In this document: one piece after another, positions 1 through 9,549 of the stretch | Position numbering within the stretch: the first letter of the stretch is position 1 | Layout of the letters: each line of letters begins with the position of its first letter | DNA from: Deltaproteobacteria bacterium | Lineage (GTDB): Bacteria; Myxococcota; Kuafuiibacteriia; Kuafuiibacteriales; Kuafuiibacteriaceae | Assembly (NCBI GenBank): GCA_040218735.1 | Contig: JAVJQW010000042.1 | Location: 192,001-256,000 of the forward strand | Direction of reading: 5' to 3' | Length of the DNA: 64,000 bases | Notes under the pieces: generated by a model | What the model was told of the DNA's origin: nothing | Database searches by the model: none | The model's input: only the letters and a program-made list of their open reading frames with translations | Position numbers and translations under genes: made by a program

Positions 1-70
1 AGCGCCGAAGCCAGCGCGCGCCCGGCCTTGCCGCGACCGAGGATCGAGAACTTCACGCCCCGACCCTGGT

Positions 71-2560
71 TCAGCGGCGCGTCCGAATCAACGCCTTGAC
101 GCGTTCGGCGTCGTTAGCGTCCGGCGCGAGGTCCACGTAGCGCTGGTAGTGGCGGATCGACTCCGTGGTTCGATCCTCGCGCGCGAAGATTACGCCGAGC
201 GAACGGTGGCACTCCGGGAGGTCGGCGAGCTCCACGCACTCGAGTAGCTTGGCCTTCGCGGCGTCGACCTTCCCTTTCGCGAGTTGCTGGTTGCCTTCGC
301 GGTAGAGCAAGCCAGCTTGCGCCAACGCGACGTCCTCGGTGTCGGGGGCGTCGTCCGAGACCGTTTCGACCGGGCGGGTCTGGACCCAGACGTAGGCCAC
401 CACGGCGCTCACCATCATCAGGAGCAGCATTGCGACCAGCCACCTGCTCTTGGAGGGCGCGCTGGCCGGCACCGTGGGGCTGGCGCGCGAGGGGGCTGCG
501 CCGTCCAACACACTGTCGGGGGGCGCTTCGATCTCCGGACCGGCCACGTCTTCGACCGGCACCTCCGAGATCTCGCCGCGGGGGATCGTCGTGACGACCA
601 TCGCCGCCGACGTGCCCGCGGTACCGTCGTCCATCAACGTGTCTTGGGCGTCGGTGCCGAACGGCTGGAGCTTGATCGGATCGTCGACGTGCGGGTCGTC
701 GAACATCGTCACCGCCGGCCGTGAACGGAGCGGCTCCGTCCGCACCGTCTGGTCGTCGTAGTCGACCTCGGGAAGCTCGTCCTCCTCGGCGAGGGCGCGC
801 ACGGCCTCCTGCACGTGGGCGGCGAGCGTCGGGTCCCCGAGCGTCGGATCTTCGTTGTCCTCTTGCTCGGTCGGCGCCGAGAGCGCGGAGAGCGCCCGCT
901 GCGAATCGATCGGGATCGTGGGGCCGTCGTTGCGACCGGGCACCTCATTTTCGGAGCTTGTGTCGCCGCCCGCGTCGGCGCCGCGGATCACCTCGGAGGG
1001 CCCCCCATCTTCGGAGCTCGCTTCGCTCGAGTCGGTGCCGCGGACCGCCGCTGAGGGCCCCCTATTCTCGGAGCTCGCTTCGCTCGACTGGGTGCCGCGG
1101 ACCGCCTCGGAGGGCCCCCCATTTTCGGACCTCGCTTCGCTCGGGCCGAGGGCACGTTCCTTCGGACGGCCCGCGGCGTACCCGCCGCGGACCGCCTCGG
1201 AGGGTACCCCGAGGCCGGACGCCCAGGGCACGGGCGGGTCCGTCGGGGCGGCCGCTTCCTCCGGCCACCTCGGCCGCGGGGGATCCGTCTCGGAGTCGTT
1301 GCGGTGCACCGCGGGGAGGCGCTGGGTGCCGTTGGGCCCCTGCGGCATCGGCGTCTCGGCTTCGTGCGGGAGCGTCGCCCCGGCCGAGGGGGTCCTCGAC
1401 TCGGAGCCGATCAGGTCCGCCTCCGCCCAGGAGATCGGCTCCGACCCCGGGAGCGGCTGACCGGCGTGGGGTGTCGGCGCAGCGTCCGGGGCGTCGGCGC
1501 CCGTGCGCGGTGTCTTCGCGCCGACCACGTCGATCGCCGCGTCCGTGTCGTCCGCGAGCGCTTCGATGTCCGGGTCGGTCGGCACCTGCGCGATCTGCTT
1601 CGGCGACGGTTTGTCCGGGAACGTCGCGAGCATGATCTCCGCGACCTCGTCCGAACCCATCGGGTTCGTCGCCGCGGTGAGGTGCGCCCACAGCGCCTGC
1701 CCCATGTCGCTCGCGTTCTGGTAGCGGCGATCCTTGTGCGCGACGAGCGCCTTCGCACAGATCGCGTCGAGCGACTGCGGGACGTCGCCGTTGACCTCCG
1801 ACGCCGCCGGCACGACGGCGCGCGTGATCGCGCGGAGGGTGTCGATCTCCCGCTTTCGTTTGAATAGATGGCGACCGGTCATCATCTCCCACAGCACGAT
1901 GCCGAGCGAGAAGACGTCCGAGCGGCGGTCGAGCGGCGTCGCCTCCACCTGCTCCGGCGACATGTACGCGTACTTGCCCTTGATGTGTCCGGTGCGCGTG
2001 AAGCTCTGGAACCCGGCGGCCTTCGCGACACCGAAGTCGAGCAGCTTCACCTCCCCGGAGAACGTGACGAAGATGTTCTGCGGGGAGATGTCACGGTGGA
2101 CGAGCCCGAGCGCGCGGCCGTCTTCGCCCGTGGCGTCGTGTGCGTAGTGCAGGCCTTCGCAGGTGCACGCGACGACGTAGGCCATCAGGTCGATCGGGAT
2201 CGGGGTCTTGTTGTCGAGGATGCGGCGCAGCAGTCCGGAGAGCGGGGCGCCGTGGAGGTACCGCATGACGAGGAACGGGCTCCCGTCCGCGATGCCGTAG
2301 TCGGTGATGCCGCAGATGTTCTGGTGCCCGAGGCGCGACAGGATCTTCGCCTCGTTCATGAACATCTGCATGACGTCGGCGCGGGAGGCGAGGTGGGGGT
2401 GGACGCGTTTGACCGCGTACCAGCCTTCGTCCGCCCCGTTGAGGCGCCCGAGGTACACGGAGGCCATGCCGCCGGCCGCGATCTTGCCGAACAGGGTGTA
2501 GTGGCCGAACTGTTCGACCTTGGTCGTCACGCCGGACGCCGGTGGGACCTCGGTCACCAC
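71..2560 (-). CDS. Membrane Ser/Thr protein kinase (Hanks type) with low-complexity linker, TM helix and C-terminal TPR module
   Basis: Motifs GGMASVY, AVK, HRDISPQN, DFG, GKYAYMSPE; hydrophobic WLVAMLLLMMVSAVVAYVWV; C-terminal TPR (CHRSLGVIFA...HYQRYVDLAP). Confidence 0.93.
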   Translation of the reverse strand: MVTEVPPASGVTTKVEQFGHYTLFGKIAAGGMASVYLGRLNGADEGWYAVKRVHPHLASRADVMQMFMNEAKILSRLGHQNICGITDYGIADGSPFLVMRYLHGAPLSGLLRRILDNKTPIPIDLMAYVVACTCEGLHYAHDATGEDGRALGLVHRDISPQNIFVTFSGEVKLLDFGVAKAAGFQSFTRTGHIKGKYAYMSPEQVEATPLDRRSDVFSLGIVLWEMMTGRHLFKRKREIDTLRAITRAVVPAASEVNGDVPQSLDAICAKALVAHKDRRYQNASDMGQALWAHLTAATNPMGSDEVAEIMLATFPDKPSPKQIAQVPTDPDIEALADDTDAAIDVVGAKTPRTGADAPDAAPTPHAGQPLPGSEPISWAEADLIGSESRTPSAGATLPHEAETPMPQGPNGTQRLPAVHRNDSETDPPRPRWPEEAAAPTDPPVPWASGLGVPSEAVRGGYAAGRPKERALGPSEARSENGGPSEAVRGTQSSEASSENRGPSAAVRGTDSSEASSEDGGPSEVIRGADAGGDTSSENEVPGRNDGPTIPIDSQRALSALSAPTEQEDNEDPTLGDPTLAAHVQEAVRALAEEDELPEVDYDDQTVRTEPLRSRPAVTMFDDPHVDDPIKLQPFGTDAQDTLMDDGTAGTSAAMVVTTIPRGEISEVPVEDVAGPEIEAPPDSVLDGAAPSRASPTVPASAPSKSRWLVAMLLLMMVSAVVAYVWVQTRPVETVSDDAPDTEDVALAQAGLLYREGNQQLAKGKVDAAKAKLLECVELADLPECHRSLGVIFAREDRTTESIRHYQRYVDLAPDANDAERVKALIRTRR
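981..1204. repeat. 57-bp in-frame tandem repeat (3 copies at 981, 1038, 1095 plus a partial copy at 1185) inside the kinase linker
   Basis: Unit approximately CCGCGGACCGCCTCGGAGGGCCCCCCATTTTCGGAGCTCGCTTCGCTCGAGTCGGTG; encodes GPSEAVRGTxSSEASSExx on the minus strand. Confidence 0.85.
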
Positions 2561-2618
2561 GCAGGGAGCATAGCCCGTCGTGATACCCAGGGACCAACCG
2601 ACCTGCTAATCAAGAAGG

Positions 2619-4412
2619 ATGTCCGCGACGCTGCTCAGGAACGGGACCGTGTACGACGGCACCGGCGCGGCGCCCATCGTCGGCGACGTGTTGGTGGAGG
2701 AGGGGGTGGTGAAGGCCGTGGGGCCCTCGTTGACGCACCCCACCGCGGAGGTGATCGATGCGACCGGCCGGTGGGTCATGCCGGGGTTCGTCGACAACCA
2801 CACCCACTACGACGGCGAGGTCCTCGTCGCGCCCCAGCTCTCGGAGTCGGTGCGGCACGGGGTGACGACGGTCCTGCTCGGCGGGTGCTCGCTGTCGTTC
2901 GTCTACTCGGACGTCATGGATTGTTGCGACATGTTCACGCGGGTCGAAGCGTTCCCGCGCGACATCCTCGTCCCGATCCTGAAGGACGAGAAGAAGTGGT
3001 CGTCGCCGCGCGAGTGGATCGATCACGTCGAGTCGCTGCCGCTCGGACCGAACATCGCTTCGTTCATCGGCCACTCCGACATTCGCGCGGCGGTGATGGG
3101 GATCGATCGTTCGCTCACGAAGGGCGTGCGGCCGAGCGGTGAAGAGCTGTCGCGGATGGTGGCGATGCTCGAGGAGGCGCTCGACGCCGGAATGCTCGGC
3201 ATCTCCATGCAGCACAACCCGTGGGACAAGATGGACGGGCGTCACTGGTCGAAGCTGTTGCCCGCGGCCTACGCGACCATGAAGGAGCGCGCGGCGCTGT
3301 GCTCGGTGGCGCGGCGTCGCGGCGCGCACCTGCAAGGCATCCCGAACCTCGTCAACCGCGTGGGGGCGCTCTGGTATATGGCGCAGAGCGCGTCGTTCTT
3401 CGGGCTGCGCAAGAAGCTGAAGACGTCGATGGTCGCGATGATGGACCTCAAAGGGGACCCGTACATCCGCGCGGTGATCAGCGGGCTGTCCGGCTTCTTC
3501 AACAAGGTCTTCGGCGCGGACTTCAGGATGCAGACGTTCCCGGTGCCGTTCCGCGTGTACGCGCGCGGGATGGACCTGGTGATCTTCGAAGAGTTCCCGA
3601 CGGGCGCGCTCGCGCGACACCTCTCGAAGGATCTCTCGAAGCGCGACGCCACGCTGAAGGACGCGGACTATCGCGCGAAGTTCAAGCGCCACTACAAGAA
3701 CAAGTGGGCGCCGAAGATCTGGCAGAAGGACTTCGGCGACGCGTACGTGCTCGAGGCGCCCGACGCCGAGCTCGTCGGAAAGTCGTTCTCGCAGATCGCA
3801 GAGGAGCGCGGGCAGCACCCGGTCGACACGTTCTTGGATCTGGTCGTGGAGATGGACCAGGAGATCCTGTGGGAGACGACGGTCGGTAACGAGGATCCCG
3901 CGCGCTACGGCCCGCTCTACAACGACGAGAACGGGCTGTTCGGCTTCGCCGATTCCGGCGCACACATCAACAACATGGCGTTCTACAACAACCCGTTGCG
4001 CGTCCTTCAGTACGTGAAGGCCTCGCACGATCGCGGAGCGCCGTTGATGGACATCGAGAAGGCGGTGTGGCGCCTCACGAAGGAGAACGCCGACTTCTTC
4101 AACCTCGCCGACGTCGGCCACCTCGCGCCCGGCAAACGCGCTGACGTCACGGTGATCGATCCCGCGCACCTCACGGACGCCGTGCACGAGCTCCACACCG
4201 CGCCGTTCGTCGGTGACTCGGTGCGGCTCGTGAACCGCAACGACGACGCGGTGACGTGTGTCCTCATCGGCGGGAAGGTCGCGTGGCGCGACGGCGCGCT
4301 GTCGGATCGGCTGGGCAAGGAGCGCTACGGTTCGTTCCTCGTCGGCGATCACGAAGCGGTGCAGGTCCCGACCGAAGCGGCGCCTCCACTCGCCGCGCGC
4401 ACCGCGGTCTGA
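2619..4412 (+). CDS. Amidohydrolase, N-acyl-D-amino-acid deacylase (D-aminoacylase) family
   Basis: N-terminal LLRNGTVYDGTG...PGFVDNHTHYD; ADSGAH; GHLAPGKRADVTVID. Confidence 0.85.
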   Translation: MSATLLRNGTVYDGTGAAPIVGDVLVEEGVVKAVGPSLTHPTAEVIDATGRWVMPGFVDNHTHYDGEVLVAPQLSESVRHGVTTVLLGGCSLSFVYSDVMDCCDMFTRVEAFPRDILVPILKDEKKWSSPREWIDHVESLPLGPNIASFIGHSDIRAAVMGIDRSLTKGVRPSGEELSRMVAMLEEALDAGMLGISMQHNPWDKMDGRHWSKLLPAAYATMKERAALCSVARRRGAHLQGIPNLVNRVGALWYMAQSASFFGLRKKLKTSMVAMMDLKGDPYIRAVISGLSGFFNKVFGADFRMQTFPVPFRVYARGMDLVIFEEFPTGALARHLSKDLSKRDATLKDADYRAKFKRHYKNKWAPKIWQKDFGDAYVLEAPDAELVGKSFSQIAEERGQHPVDTFLDLVVEMDQEILWETTVGNEDPARYGPLYNDENGLFGFADSGAHINNMAFYNNPLRVLQYVKASHDRGAPLMDIEKAVWRLTKENADFFNLADVGHLAPGKRADVTVIDPAHLTDAVHELHTAPFVGDSVRLVNRNDDAVTCVLIGGKVAWRDGALSDRLGKERYGSFLVGDHEAVQVPTEAAPPLAARTAV

Positions 4413-4505
4413 CGTGTGTGCGTCTGCGCAAAAAGTGATCGTTTCGGCGCCAGGCGTCACATGTAAGGTATCGACCCCGTAACCTCAGTCTTCGACCGCC
4501 TCGCC

Positions 4506-5480
4506 GTGGTCTTGAACCGTGCACTGGAGCGCATGTTCGTCATCGCCGACGACGTCGGACCGATCGACGATCACACGCGCGCCCACGACGAGCCGGCGCG
4601 CGAGTGCGCGGCGTGCGGTTGGGTGGGGGACAGTCGGGTGTGTGATCGCTGCGGTCAGTGCAGCTCGGTCGCGCGTGTGCCGCGTGTCATTCGCGGTCAG
4701 TTCGTCGTTCGCTCGTGCATCGGGCGCGGTGCATCGGGCGTCGTCTATCTCGCGAAGGATCGCACCCTGGATCGGTGGGTCGCGGTCAAGACGCTGGCCG
4801 ACGTGCCCGCGACCGATCGCCTGATCCAGGAAGCCCAAACCATGGCGCGCGTGGTCCACCCGAACCTCGCCACGATCTACGGCGTGGAGACGTGGCGCTC
4901 CCGGTGCCTCCTGATGGTGGAGTACGTCGGTGGCGGGACCCTCGAAGACCGTTTGAAGGCGGGGCCCCTCGAGCCGACGGAGGTCGTAGAGTTTGCGCTC
5001 GCGTTGTTCTCCGCGCTCCGCGCGATACACGCCGCCGGGGTGCTTCACCGCGACGTCAAGCCGAGCAACATCGCGCGCGCCGCCGACGGTACGTGGAAGC
5101 TCATCGACTTCGGCGTCGCCCAGATGGCGAACTCGGACGACGAGACGTACGTGGGCACGCCGCTGTACACGTCGCCGGAGCAACTGTGGGGCGGACCGGC
5201 GAACGTCGCCGCGGATCTGTGGGCGGCGGCGGTGACGAGCTACGAAGCGCTGTGCGGCGTGCACCCGCTCGCGGACGACCGTCGCGCCACCGAGGTCGCG
5301 GAGGCGCTCTGCGGCGCGTGGTCGCCTGACCCGGATCGGCTCCCCGAAGGCTGCCCGGACGCGCTCGTGTCGCTGCTCGTCGACGCGCTCGACGCCGACC
5401 CGGGGCGCCGCCCGAGCTCCGCCGCCGAGGTGATCGAGCGTCTCACGAGCCATCGCTTCGCGACGGGGTACGCCGCCTAG
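4506..5480 (+). CDS. Soluble Ser/Thr protein kinase with short N-terminal CxxC..CxxC segment
   Basis: GRGASGVV, VAVK, HRDVKPSN, DFG, GTPLYTSPE; N-terminal CAACG...CDRCG; start uncertain. Confidence 0.88.
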   Translation: MVLNRALERMFVIADDVGPIDDHTRAHDEPARECAACGWVGDSRVCDRCGQCSSVARVPRVIRGQFVVRSCIGRGASGVVYLAKDRTLDRWVAVKTLADVPATDRLIQEAQTMARVVHPNLATIYGVETWRSRCLLMVEYVGGGTLEDRLKAGPLEPTEVVEFALALFSALRAIHAAGVLHRDVKPSNIARAADGTWKLIDFGVAQMANSDDETYVGTPLYTSPEQLWGGPANVAADLWAAAVTSYEALCGVHPLADDRRATEVAEALCGAWSPDPDRLPEGCPDALVSLLVDALDADPGRRPSSAAEVIERLTSHRFATGYAA

Positions 5481-5481
5481 G
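5462..5481 (+). repeat. Left 20-bp direct repeat (attL-like / target duplication)
   Basis: GACGGGGTACGCCGCCTAGG, identical to 9550-9569; contains the kinase stop codon. Confidence 0.9.
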
Positions 5482-5502
5482 TTTGCATCGTTGCCCTAAC
5501 GT

Positions 5503-7113
5503 CTAGTCCTCGGGAACAGCGCCATCAGGAACACCCAGGGACGTTAGGAACATCGAAAAGTCGGTCTCCAGCGCAATTCTCCTAGTCAAGATAAATCGGT
5601 CTACGTCGCCGTCGCCCAGACACTCCCATGCTCGATCATTAATTAGATGACTTGCGCGGTATGACTCCGATCGGAAAAGCTCGTGTTCAAACCTGACGCC
5701 GCGCCGTCTCGCTTCCAGCGCTGCAACGAAGCCGTCTTCTTTTTCCAGTGAGAGCAAGAATCTGTTTCCGGGATCTCGAGCTAGGTCACCGCCAGACGTC
5801 GCGACGCCACGAATGAGGGCTCTCGCAGCTTGTGATTCCAACCGAGATATTAGATCCTCGTCCTCTTGCTGGTACCTGAACAACTGTAACGCGAGGGCCT
5901 TGATTCGTGCGTGACGTGGGTCAGAAGTATTCGGTAGCTCAAGCGGCTCCCAGGCCGAGACTGACCAGGGCCAGGCTACATCTGCGCGCGAATCGAGCGC
6001 CTGGAGGTACCGCAGCATGCTCGACAATCGGTACCCGCTCATTCCTGAGAATGATGCTTGTGCAGTCGTCCACCAGAACCACCGGACCAGAGCCGAACGG
6101 AGGGCTTTCTTCGGTTGGCGCGGATGGCGTCGTAGCACGTCTGCGAGCAGCACGGCCTGATACGAGTATGGCAGCAAGCCGAGCCCCACGATCCCAAACT
6201 GCTTGCGCATGAACCTAGCCGTGCGCTCGAAGCCGGTAATCACGTCATCGAGAACGCTCGGGTCGCGCCTGAGTGCCTCGCCGAGCTCGCGACCCGAACT
6301 GGTATAGATATCCATATCAAGCGCGGCTCGTATTCCCGCCAGGATATACGACTCATCGATCCCGCCCCACCCCAATCGGCCCAGTCGTTCCTTTGCAGTG
6401 TCGAGCCGTTCTCTCAACGAGTAGTCTTCTTGCCAGGTGAGGGCAGCTACAAGATCCAGATCAGACATCTTCGTACCTTCTGTATTCAGAAGGCCGAACG
6501 TCCTAATCGCTTCGTCGACAGCGTCGGTAACAACAGGAACGATTGGAATCTTGTACTCGCGTACTGCCCGCGCGATTCGATCACTTACCTCAACAAGTTC
6601 GTCCGCATCATCGCCATCAAGGGAGCGCTGAAACCGAAGTAGCGCTACGCTATCCAGGATCAGTCGTCCGTCTAACACGAACTTCATTTCGCCTTGGTCT
6701 ACGTCATCCAAGAACGTCCAGTTCCGTCTACGAAGGTCATAGCCGAGGGCCCACCGTCCACCGTCCCGATGGTCCCTAATGTTGGCCTCCTTCGGTGACC
6801 GGAGCGCAGCAAACAGCGTTGACAGTCGCTGAAAACCATCCAGTAGGTATTGCCTCCCCGGACTCTTGCTGCGAGGCACTTCGTAGGGGCCGATTTGCTT
6901 TCTGAAATTGACGTGGATGTCCGTGCGCCATACCATCACACTGCCGATCGGGTATCCCTTCGACACGCTGTCAAGCAGGCTGAGGCGCTGGTCGCCGCTC
7001 CACCGATCGGGTCTTTGGAATTCAGGCACAACAAGTTCGCCTCGGCCTATCTGCTCCAGTACCTGGTATAGGTACTGGATCTGAGGTTCACTTGCGTAGG
7101 AAAGTGTCGACAT
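5503..7113 (-). CDS. DUF262 (GmrSD N-terminal, ParB/Srx-like) domain protein
   Basis: VPEFQRPDRW, LLDSVSKGYPIGSVMVW, YLLDGFQRLSTL, FGLLNTEGTKMS are the DUF262 FQR / DGQQR / FxxxNxxG motifs. Confidence 0.85.
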   Translation of the reverse strand: MSTLSYASEPQIQYLYQVLEQIGRGELVVPEFQRPDRWSGDQRLSLLDSVSKGYPIGSVMVWRTDIHVNFRKQIGPYEVPRSKSPGRQYLLDGFQRLSTLFAALRSPKEANIRDHRDGGRWALGYDLRRRNWTFLDDVDQGEMKFVLDGRLILDSVALLRFQRSLDGDDADELVEVSDRIARAVREYKIPIVPVVTDAVDEAIRTFGLLNTEGTKMSDLDLVAALTWQEDYSLRERLDTAKERLGRLGWGGIDESYILAGIRAALDMDIYTSSGRELGEALRRDPSVLDDVITGFERTARFMRKQFGIVGLGLLPYSYQAVLLADVLRRHPRQPKKALRSALVRWFWWTTAQASFSGMSGYRLSSMLRYLQALDSRADVAWPWSVSAWEPLELPNTSDPRHARIKALALQLFRYQQEDEDLISRLESQAARALIRGVATSGGDLARDPGNRFLLSLEKEDGFVAALEARRRGVRFEHELFRSESYRASHLINDRAWECLGDGDVDRFILTRRIALETDFSMFLTSLGVPDGAVPED

Positions 7114-8099
7114 TAAAGTGCCCCGAGAATAAAGTGGAAAATTTCTCCTAGCTCGTCGTTAATCTTGAACTGTTCGCACATGACTTCATTGGCGTACTTA
7201 CAGGCGCGCCACACCGAGTTTCCCAGTGGGACCTTCAAGTCTCGCAACTCCTTCCTGCTAACGTTGTAGTTCTCGTCTTCAGCTTTAGGGATACCGTCTT
7301 TCAGGTGGTGATGTCTCTGCACTCTTGCGGGAAGACGGCTATACACTTCGATATGTCGGTGCTGTTCCTCGGTCGCAGGCATCTCTTTCGCCCAAGTCGC
7401 GATCGCGGGAGGTGGAATGTAGTTCTCGGCCATGCGGCGTGAAAGGACTCTGATTCGGATATTCGCCGCTCTGGCGGCCTCTACAGCTTTCCTTACGGCG
7501 TCGGGAAGATTGTTCGTGCAGCGCTCATACTCTTCGCTAGACGTTAGCCATGGTGACGTTGTATCGCTATCGGTAATAACAACCGTCCGGAGACGTCGCA
7601 ATCCGTCGCTCCTTTCGTCCTCCAGTCGCCGTGCGACGTTCGTCACACCACCGGCGTTGCTCCATCTTACGAAGTCCCTGCTACGTGCCGTCTTCCAGTT
7701 TCTTCGATGGGTCGGTGGAACGAGCGCATCAAGAAGCCCTCCGTCGCTCGATTCGTCCTCTACGAGAACCTCAAGCGGTGTCATCCACAGGGCAACAGCA
7801 TCGTCCAAAGTCAAGACGGGGGGCGTACTCCCCCAGTCGGATCGGTCAGGATCTCCAACCTGAACGGTGAAAGTACTTGGGAACCTCGCATGCCGTCTCT
7901 TCGCGTGATTGATCGCGCGGCGGAAGGTGTCTCGTTCTTCCTCGTTTCGACTCGACAGCCAATCGTCAAACACAGCCCTTCCGTCTGGTACCACGATAAG
8001 GTTGTGCCGCCCGCGAGACGCTAGAGCGACAAGCGTCACGAGGGATATACGCCGTTCAGTGCGGCATTCGACCGCTGTTCGCAGTAGTTCAATCCGCAC
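7113..8099 (-). CDS. TOPRIM-like (OLD/DUF4435/AriB-type) putative nuclease
   Basis: Motifs VLVEDESSD, NAGG, VVITDSD (DxD), RRMAENY; GTG start at 8099 with TGGAG RBS overlaps the ATPase stop; TAA stop overlaps the DUF262 ATG (TAATG). Confidence 0.68.
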   Translation of the reverse strand: MRIELLRTAVECRTERRISLVTLVALASRGRHNLIVVPDGRAVFDDWLSSRNEEERDTFRRAINHAKRRHARFPSTFTVQVGDPDRSDWGSTPPVLTLDDAVALWMTPLEVLVEDESSDGGLLDALVPPTHRRNWKTARSRDFVRWSNAGGVTNVARRLEDERSDGLRRLRTVVITDSDTTSPWLTSSEEYERCTNNLPDAVRKAVEAARAANIRIRVLSRRMAENYIPPPAIATWAKEMPATEEQHRHIEVYSRLPARVQRHHHLKDGIPKAEDENYNVSRKELRDLKVPLGNSVWRACKYANEVMCEQFKINDELGEIFHFILGAL

Positions 8100-9300
8100 T
8101 CGTGGAGCTCCAATTCGACCTAGCCTCGCTGAGCCGCTCCGCCAAATCAGATGCCTCCGAAAAAATGTCTGGCGGAAGATGGTGGTCCGGTACACCTTTG
8201 TCAGTGAGTTCGACTCTCTGCGCGATGCTGCGACCATCATCCAACTGATGCACCCAGTGGATCGCGACCTGACTAGGGAGTAGTTTTTCTCTCGCCACGG
8301 ACAAGAGTACCGAAAGCAGGAAATGCTCCGAATGCGTCTCGACGAGGATTCTGGTCTGAGGATTTCTACGCACAGCCTTCACTATCCACGCAGTAACCTG
8401 TTCGTGAAGTCGTGGATGAAGGTGCAGTTCCGGCTGTTCCAACGCCAGAATGCGGGGGCCAGAGTCAGTCATTGACTGTGCTACAGAGACAGCCACTGGC
8501 AGCACTTGGGCGAGGCCTTCGCCCGTGTCCGCCAGATCGACGCTAAGCGCTGGCTGCGCGGGGGGCGAGATCCTAATTCGAAAATCGTCTTCCACCTCCT
8601 CAATCGAAAGCCTAAGGTTCAGGTGGTTGTGGAAAAAATCGACGACTAGCTCAAAGACCTCTGACCCATCCAACTTGGCATAGGCCAGTACGCGAGCCGC
8701 GTCCTCCCCATCCGGCCGCATTGGGCCATTTGGTCGGCCACCGAACGGAATTCGCCGTGGGACACGCGCACGTAGCGAATCGAGCCACTGAGATCGCTCG
8801 AGGTCCGCGTGGGCGGGCATGTCCCAGCGAAGATTCGGCCCGGACACTGATAGTCCCTCGATGCTCAGATCGATGGTTTCATCTCTTCCACTACCTATGA
8901 GTCTATACTGAGTAAGTCCCTGCGTAGTCCATTCAAGGCTGCTGGTTCCAGTATGGTCGGTGCGGACGATTTTCTCGACAACCTGCCTGCGCAGGTCCGG
9001 CAAGTCTCGAATCGTGTACGTCGCCTTCGACTCCTCATCCTCGACGATGACTGCGAGGGAAAGGCCGTTGTCCATGCGAGACTTGACGTCCGAGAATGTC
9101 GCTTCGCGTAGCGACGGTGCTGCAAAGGAGATTGGTGGGCCACCTTCCCGCTGCGTCTGCTGTAGGAGAGGAACAAGTCGGAGGAGCGCACTCTTGCCGG
9201 AGCTATTGTAGCCGAACAGCAGAGTGAACGGTCGAACGTCGACCTGTGTGGGGTCCACGAATCCTCGGTAGTTCTCAACGCCTAGAAGCTGCAACGACAC
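8089..9300 (-). CDS. ABC-type ATPase (AAA_21/AAA_15 family, DUF3696-like C-terminus)
   Basis: VENYRGF; Walker A GYNSSGKS; signature-like DTGEGLAQVLP; Walker B ILALEQPELHLHP; H-loop ETHSEH. Confidence 0.9.
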   Translation of the reverse strand: MSLQLLGVENYRGFVDPTQVDVRPFTLLFGYNSSGKSALLRLVPLLQQTQREGGPPISFAAPSLREATFSDVKSRMDNGLSLAVIVEDEESKATYTIRDLPDLRRQVVEKIVRTDHTGTSSLEWTTQGLTQYRLIGSGRDETIDLSIEGLSVSGPNLRWDMPAHADLERSQWLDSLRARVPRRIPFGGRPNGPMRPDGEDAARVLAYAKLDGSEVFELVVDFFHNHLNLRLSIEEVEDDFRIRISPPAQPALSVDLADTGEGLAQVLPVAVSVAQSMTDSGPRILALEQPELHLHPRLHEQVTAWIVKAVRRNPQTRILVETHSEHFLLSVLLSVAREKLLPSQVAIHWVHQLDDGRSIAQRVELTDKGVPDHHLPPDIFSEASDLAERLSEARSNWSSTSAD

Positions 9301-9549
9301 GATGGGCCACCTTCGAGCCGATGCTCACACATCTCTTGGCCGTCGGCCAGCAGGTTTGGACGCCCGGCTCGATGCCATACCGTCCGGAGAAGTCTCGGGC
9401 CCAGCCCCCATGGTCAAGGCCGTCAATGACCTCGTTCCAAAGAACGTCAACGTGCAGGCGCGTAAGGGAAGCTGGGAACTCGAACGATGAGCGCCGATCT
9501 ACTTGAGGCGGTTGCGCCTACTACGTAGAGGTTCAGGCATGTTGTGCGT

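Noticed and set aside
981-1204. Possible CRISPR array
   Set aside because: The units are contiguous with no unique spacers, lie in frame within a CDS, and no cas genes are present.
7113-8240. Longer start (8240) for the TOPRIM-like gene
   Set aside because: It would overlap the ATPase by about 150 nt; GTG at 8099 has an RBS and the typical short overlap.
9302-9490. 62-aa ORF in the islet's right arm, considered as an integrase or excisionase remnant
   Set aside because: No recognisable motif or RBS; it overlaps the probable promoter region of the ATPase operon.
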